From an uncultured Flavobacteriales bacterium (GTDB lineage Bacteria; Bacteroidota; Bacteroidia; AKYH767-A; 2013-40CM-41-45), in assembly GCA_964356415.1 (NCBI GenBank), contig CAYHHK010000005.1, positions 14,908 to 56,123 on the forward strand: a DNA stretch of 41,216 nucleotides, in the 5' to 3' direction. A program made the position numbers and the translations under genes. Shown here piece after piece: positions 36,948 through 41,216 of this stretch (position 1 is its first letter; every line of letters starts with the position of its first letter). Under the pieces are notes generated by a model that did no database searches, was not told the origin of the DNA, and saw nothing but the letters and a program-made list of their open reading frames with translations.

Positions 36948-37031
36948 TAACTTGTGACTTGTGACTTGTGACTTGTGACTTGTAACTTGTAACTTGTGAC
37001 TTGTAACTTCTGCCTTGCTACTTCTGCCTTA
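36948..37031. repeat. In-phase heptamer array (12 units, T(G/A)ACTTG-type), with 3 adjacent TTCAAAC-type heptamers at 36926-36946
   Basis: TGACTTG/TAACTTG/TGCCTTG units in an unbroken 7-nt register. Confidence 0.93.
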
Positions 37032-37514
37032 ATAATACCTGTACTCATTACTCGTCATACACGCATAATAAACCATCATCGGCGTAATGGTAGTAGCATT
37101 CGAAATGATATTGCTGATAAAATAATTCTCAAATGCATCCGGCTTTCTGTTGAAGAATTTCTGAATCGTCTCATCAACAAACAAAGGGACATTCGCCCTC
37201 ATGGTCGCATCAGTAGGGATCTGTACAAACGGAGAATTCAGGAAATGCCTTACGATGCGGTCTTCAATCAGTTTTTTATCTCCGAAGGCATCATAAGACT
37301 GCTGCACATAGAACAATGTATCTGAAGGAATATCTGTATTAAACAAATCAGAGTATACGATTGAAATAAACTCCGTTGTTGTTTTTACATTGTCCTTGGA
37401 TCCGCCCGGCTGGGTGACGCTTACATCTTCCACTTCATACACGTAATCTTTTTTACAGGAAGAAGCGATTCCTGAAAAAACAATAAGCGCGAAAAACAAT
37501 TTTATAGCTTTCAT
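37029..37514 (-). CDS. Hypothetical lipoprotein (helical)
   Basis: Lipobox ASSC, FVDETIQKFFNRKP and TSNEYRYY. Overlaps the upstream stop (ATGA). Confidence 0.8.
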   Translation of the reverse strand: MKAIKLFFALIVFSGIASSCKKDYVYEVEDVSVTQPGGSKDNVKTTTEFISIVYSDLFNTDIPSDTLFYVQQSYDAFGDKKLIEDRIVRHFLNSPFVQIPTDATMRANVPLFVDETIQKFFNRKPDAFENYFISNIISNATTITPMMVYYACMTSNEYRYY

Positions 37515-38380
37515 TCTATTCCGATATATTCATTGGTAGATAAAATATCTTTCTGCATTTGCACATAGTCATGCGTGCTGCTGAACGCCTGTGCTGCATT
37601 TCCCATTTCAATAGAAGTCGGGTTGCGCAGCAAAAATCTTTTGTACAGATTAATAGCCAGTCCTTCATGGTAGTCCCTTGACGTAAAGAAAATTCTTATA
37701 AAGTCGGATTTAGTCTGGCCAAACTCAAGGAATAGAACAGCAGAAGTTCCGTCGGCCATTTTCTTACCTTCACTCAGTTCATTTGCTGTAGGGTATCGGT
37801 TGAGGAAATGCTGGAAACAACTGATTACAAAATTTTCTGTACCCATATTAATCTGGTCATAGAAGTAATTGTTCACACACCTGCGATGCATATATGTAAC
37901 CTCTATCTGGTGACCGGCAAGGTCATTCGGAACCTGTCGTAATGAATCCAGTCTTTCCATATCGGCAAGAATCAGGAAAATAACATTCTGATCAACGGTA
38001 GTGGTCAGAATTAAGCTGTCCAGTTGCCATTGTTGATAAACTTCAATGGTATCGATGTTGTTTAACAGGTCAATCCTGGCATGGGTATACAGGTGATCGA
38101 AATACTTTGCATCACTGAATACATCGTAAAGAAACTGAAGCCGGCTGGACATGGATAAATTATTCTGCCGGAGAATATTGAACCCTGAACTTTTTTCGCT
38201 TTCACTTGCTTCGCGGCCCAGCACAGAAACGTAAACGCGGTTTACGTAATTGCTGATGGTGACATTCTCAATGGTCTGATCAGGTGGGGCTGTGTTATTG
38301 GGAATCACTTCTTCATCACTGCATGAAGAAATAAAGATCAGGAAAGAAAATAGCAATAACAGTCTACCAATTCGTTTCAT
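37511..38380 (-). CDS. Hypothetical lipoprotein with three helical repeats (DUF4214-like)
   Basis: Lipobox ISSC, repeats YVSVLGREAS / FQHFLNRYPT / YKRFLLRNPT, each followed by an S..Y or S.EY motif. Confidence 0.78.
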   Translation of the reverse strand: MKRIGRLLLLFSFLIFISSCSDEEVIPNNTAPPDQTIENVTISNYVNRVYVSVLGREASESEKSSGFNILRQNNLSMSSRLQFLYDVFSDAKYFDHLYTHARIDLLNNIDTIEVYQQWQLDSLILTTTVDQNVIFLILADMERLDSLRQVPNDLAGHQIEVTYMHRRCVNNYFYDQINMGTENFVISCFQHFLNRYPTANELSEGKKMADGTSAVLFLEFGQTKSDFIRIFFTSRDYHEGLAINLYKRFLLRNPTSIEMGNAAQAFSSTHDYVQMQKDILSTNEYIGIE

Positions 38381-38510
38381 CTGTGTTTAAGATGGTTTTA
38401 ATAACCTAAAGATAAACGTTGTTTACCAATGCGAATGTTAAAACAGTAACGAAGAATTACAGAAGTTATTGACAGTAAATAAAAATAATTCCCTGAGCCC
38501 CGGGTTCAAA

Positions 38511-39887
38511 TTACTCTTTGGCGCTCATCTCAGCAAAATTCTTAAAGAACAAAGGAATGGTCTCGATTCCTTTCATAAAATTGAATATGCCATAATGCTC
38601 ATTCGGTGAGTGGATCAGGTCACTGTCAAGGCCAAAACCCATCAGTACCGATTTCAGTCCGAGTTCCTTTTCAAACAGTGCAACGATCGGAATGCTGCCG
38701 CCGCCGCGTGTTGGAATCGGTTTCTTGCCGAAGGTTGTTTCCATCGCTTTGCTCGCAGCTTTATATGCTACAGAATCTGTCGGGGTAACAACAGGTTCGC
38801 CGCCATGATGTGGAGTCACTTTTACTTTCACTCCCTTGGGAGCTATTGAAGTAAAATGTTTTGTAAACAGCTCGGTGATTTTATCAGTGGTCTGGTGAGG
38901 TACAAGCCGCATGCTGATCTTTGCAAATGCCTGTGAAGGAAGAACTGTTTTTGATCCTTCCCCTGTATAACCGCCCCATATTCCGTTCAGTTCAAACGTT
39001 GGACGTATACCTGTACGCTCAAGGGTTGTGTAACCGGTTTCTCCGCGTACTTCATCCACACCCAAATCCTTTTTATATTCGTTCAGGTTGAATGGTGTCT
39101 TATTCAGTTCTATTCTTTCATCACTTGTCAATTCCAACACATCATCATAAAATCCCGGTATGGTGATGCGGTTTTCCTTGTCTTTCATCGATGCGATCAT
39201 ATCACACAAAACCTGAATCGGATTGGAAACAGCGCCGCCATAAACGCCTGAATGCAGATCACGGTTAGGGCCGGTAACTTCAACCTGAACATAACTCAAT
39301 CCGCGAAGCCCGACTTCAATACTTGGAGTATCGTTGGCTACAATGGAAGTGTCTGAGATCAATATTACATCTCCCTTCAGTCTGTTTTTGTTTTCGCGTA
39401 CCCATACGCCAAGGTTGGAAGAGCCCACTTCTTCTTCGCCTTCAATCATAAAGCGGACATTGCATGGAAGTGTGTTTGTCTTCATCATGCTTTCAAATGC
39501 TTTGATATGCATGAATACCTGTCCTTTATCATCGCAGCTTCCGCGGGCGTAAATTTTTCCGTCGCGCACTTGTGGCTCAAACGGCGGAGTAGTCCACAGA
39601 TTTACCGGATCGGCAGGTTGAACATCATAGTGACCGTATACAATTACCGTCGGTAGTTTCGGATCAATGATCTTTTCACCGTAAACAATCGGATGCCCTG
39701 ATGTTGGACAGATCTCAACTTTTTCCGCACCTGCTTTTTCCAGACTCGTTCTGATAAATTCTGCCGCACGCGCCACCTCCGGCTTGTATTTTGTATCAGC
39801 GCTCACACTTGGTATGCGCAGTAATTCAAAAAGTTCTTCGAGAAAACGATTTTCGTTGCTCTTTACAAATGCCAATGTTTGTTCCAT
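38511..39887 (-). CDS. M20 family dipeptidase
   Basis: YGHYDVQP, ARGSCDDKGQ, EGEEEVGS, DLHSG, GGSIP and HSPNE motifs. Confidence 0.94.
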   Translation of the reverse strand: MEQTLAFVKSNENRFLEELFELLRIPSVSADTKYKPEVARAAEFIRTSLEKAGAEKVEICPTSGHPIVYGEKIIDPKLPTVIVYGHYDVQPADPVNLWTTPPFEPQVRDGKIYARGSCDDKGQVFMHIKAFESMMKTNTLPCNVRFMIEGEEEVGSSNLGVWVRENKNRLKGDVILISDTSIVANDTPSIEVGLRGLSYVQVEVTGPNRDLHSGVYGGAVSNPIQVLCDMIASMKDKENRITIPGFYDDVLELTSDERIELNKTPFNLNEYKKDLGVDEVRGETGYTTLERTGIRPTFELNGIWGGYTGEGSKTVLPSQAFAKISMRLVPHQTTDKITELFTKHFTSIAPKGVKVKVTPHHGGEPVVTPTDSVAYKAASKAMETTFGKKPIPTRGGGSIPIVALFEKELGLKSVLMGFGLDSDLIHSPNEHYGIFNFMKGIETIPLFFKNFAEMSAKE

Positions 39888-39903
39888 ATCTGTTTGTTTT
39901 TTT

Positions 39904-40106
39904 TGTCTATTGTTTATTGTCTATTTCTTCTTGCCTTCTAACTTTTGCCTTTTGCCTTTTGCCTTGTGCCTTGTGCCTTGTGCCTTGTGACTTGTGACTT
40001 GTGTCTTGTGACTTGTGTCTTGTGCCTTGTGCCTTGTGCCTTGTGCCTTGTGCCTTGTGCCTTGTGACTTGTGCCTTGTGACTTGTGACTTGTGACTTGT
40101 GCCTTA
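39904..40106. repeat. In-phase heptamer array (29 units; TGCCTTG/TGACTTG/TGTCTTG, degenerating to TGCCTTT and TGTCTAT)
   Basis: 203 bp in an unbroken 7-nt register. Confidence 0.95.
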
Positions 40107-40748
40107 AACTTTCCACCCATTCCAGAAGTTCACAAACTTATAATTGAAACTGATTGTAAATAACAGATGCCCGTCTGGCTTAACAAATTCGCTTCTGTGA
40201 ATATCAAGTTTACCTTCGCCATTTACAGCATCTGTTTCAATCTCCTTTCCGAAATGAAGCATATACTGCGCACTGAGTGAACAATCGAATCGCTTTGTAA
40301 TATTGAAGTGCGTACCAAGTCCGGCCTGTGTTGCACTGCTGAATCGGTCTGCATTGTTTTTATGATTGCCCACCTGACTCACCACGCTGTAATCGAAGCA
40401 ATGACCGGCAATCAGATAAGGCTGCAAAACATGATCAAAACGAACATTTTTCCCGAAGTAGTACATCAAACTCCATCCAATGTGATAATCATCACGATGC
40501 GTGATTTTTGTCTGTGACGGAATGTAATCTGCATACCACTCCGAATTCAGTTTGTCCATAAACTGAAAACGAAACTGCCCCCCTATCCCTTTACCGATAG
40601 CAGCATCGTCATTGAACATGCTGATTGTATTTCGCGTACCGATTGAAAAGTTACCGGCGCTCTGATCCCTGCCTTTTTTTGAATCATCGGCAAGTGCAGT
40701 GATGGAAATCAGCAGCAGTGCTGCAGCAATAACAATGTTGTGATTCAT
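40104..40748 (-). CDS. Outer-membrane beta-barrel protein (OmpW/porin-like, hypothetical)
   Basis: Signal peptide, alternating amphipathic strands (GIGGQFRFQF, QPYLIAG, QAGLGTHF, LFTISFNYKF). Confidence 0.75.
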   Translation of the reverse strand: MNHNIVIAAALLLISITALADDSKKGRDQSAGNFSIGTRNTISMFNDDAAIGKGIGGQFRFQFMDKLNSEWYADYIPSQTKITHRDDYHIGWSLMYYFGKNVRFDHVLQPYLIAGHCFDYSVVSQVGNHKNNADRFSSATQAGLGTHFNITKRFDCSLSAQYMLHFGKEIETDAVNGEGKLDIHRSEFVKPDGHLLFTISFNYKFVNFWNGWKV

Positions 40749-41121
40749 AGTACATGGGTTTAAAATGTGACGTAGAATCCTTTTCCATCATTGATTGGCT
40801 TTGAATCATAAACGGTACTGCAAACGTCATATTTGAAACTTCTTTAAAAAATATTTGGGAAAGATACGGTTGGTTCAAATTATCCAGTCTGCCCGCTATA
40901 CGCTGCAAGTCCGGCCAGAACACAATCCCTCGCTATGCGGGCTTTCCGCTACTATCGGGTTTAATTTTGTCACTGCCTTCTTCGTAGCGGCCGCCCCTCT
41001 CCTCAACCTGATGGTTTAAATAAAAAATCTACAGTCCTCACCCAACGGAATTCCAACCTTCAAATCTACACATCTTCAAATCTTCAAATTATTTTATCTT
41101 CAAATTGATTTACTTTGCATC

Positions 41122-41216
41122 ATGGACTACAACAACCTCACCCCTGATGAAGAACGCGTCCTCCTCCGCAAAGGAACCGATGCACCTTATACCGGTGAAT
41201 ACACAAACAAAAAAGA
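41122..41216 (+). CDS. msrB: Methionine-R-sulfoxide reductase, 5' fragment (runs off the window)
   Basis: MDYNNLTPDEERVLLRKGTDAPYTGEY matches the MsrB N-terminal LT.E...V...KGTE.PFTGEY motif. Confidence 0.8.
   Translation, partial: MDYNNLTPDEERVLLRKGTDAPYTGEYTNKK

Noticed and set aside
39784-40120. Four short ORFs with HKAQGTR or LVPCAL repeats
   Set aside because: These are artefacts of a stop-free heptamer array read in several frames.
1-41216. tRNA, rRNA, riboswitch, IS transposase, integrase or prophage
   Set aside because: No cloverleaf or rRNA signatures and no DDE, HUH or tyrosine-recombinase ORFs were recognised by eye. A covariance-model search would be needed to exclude small ncRNAs.

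Overview
Chromosomal window from a Bacteroidota bacterium, judged from TAnnTTTG-type -7 promoters, a T9SS C-terminal sorting domain, many lipoproteins and a flexirubin-type cluster. Gene order: a GxxExxY (PD-(D/E)XK-type) gene inside repeats; a secreted alpha/beta-hydrolase-fold protein with a degenerate active site; korAB; a BadF/NAG-kinase-like ATPase; an FAD/NAD(P)-binding protein; a di-heme cytochrome c peroxidase; a T9SS-secreted M14 carboxypeptidase; TerB-like, OmpA/MotB-like and Crp/Fnr genes; icd; a ~15 kb aryl-polyene/flexirubin-type type II PKS sub-cluster (18.5-33.2 kb); an EamA transporter; an uncharacterised five-gene lipoprotein/Tat/cytochrome operon; an M20 dipeptidase; an outer-membrane protein; and the start of msrB. 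Most notable: (1) a CGCAAAG-motif inverted-repeat family, present both as arms around the GxxExxY gene and as gene-less miniature copies, which suggests a REPIN/MITE-like system; (2) an 18-bp palindrome that sits inside other repeats; (3) an A10 tract that puts a GT2-DUF2062 fusion out of frame; (4) in-phase heptamer arrays that start exactly at TAA stop codons; (5) the five-gene operon. No rRNA, tRNA, CRISPR array or transposase was seen. All family assignments come from motif recognition by eye, not database searches.
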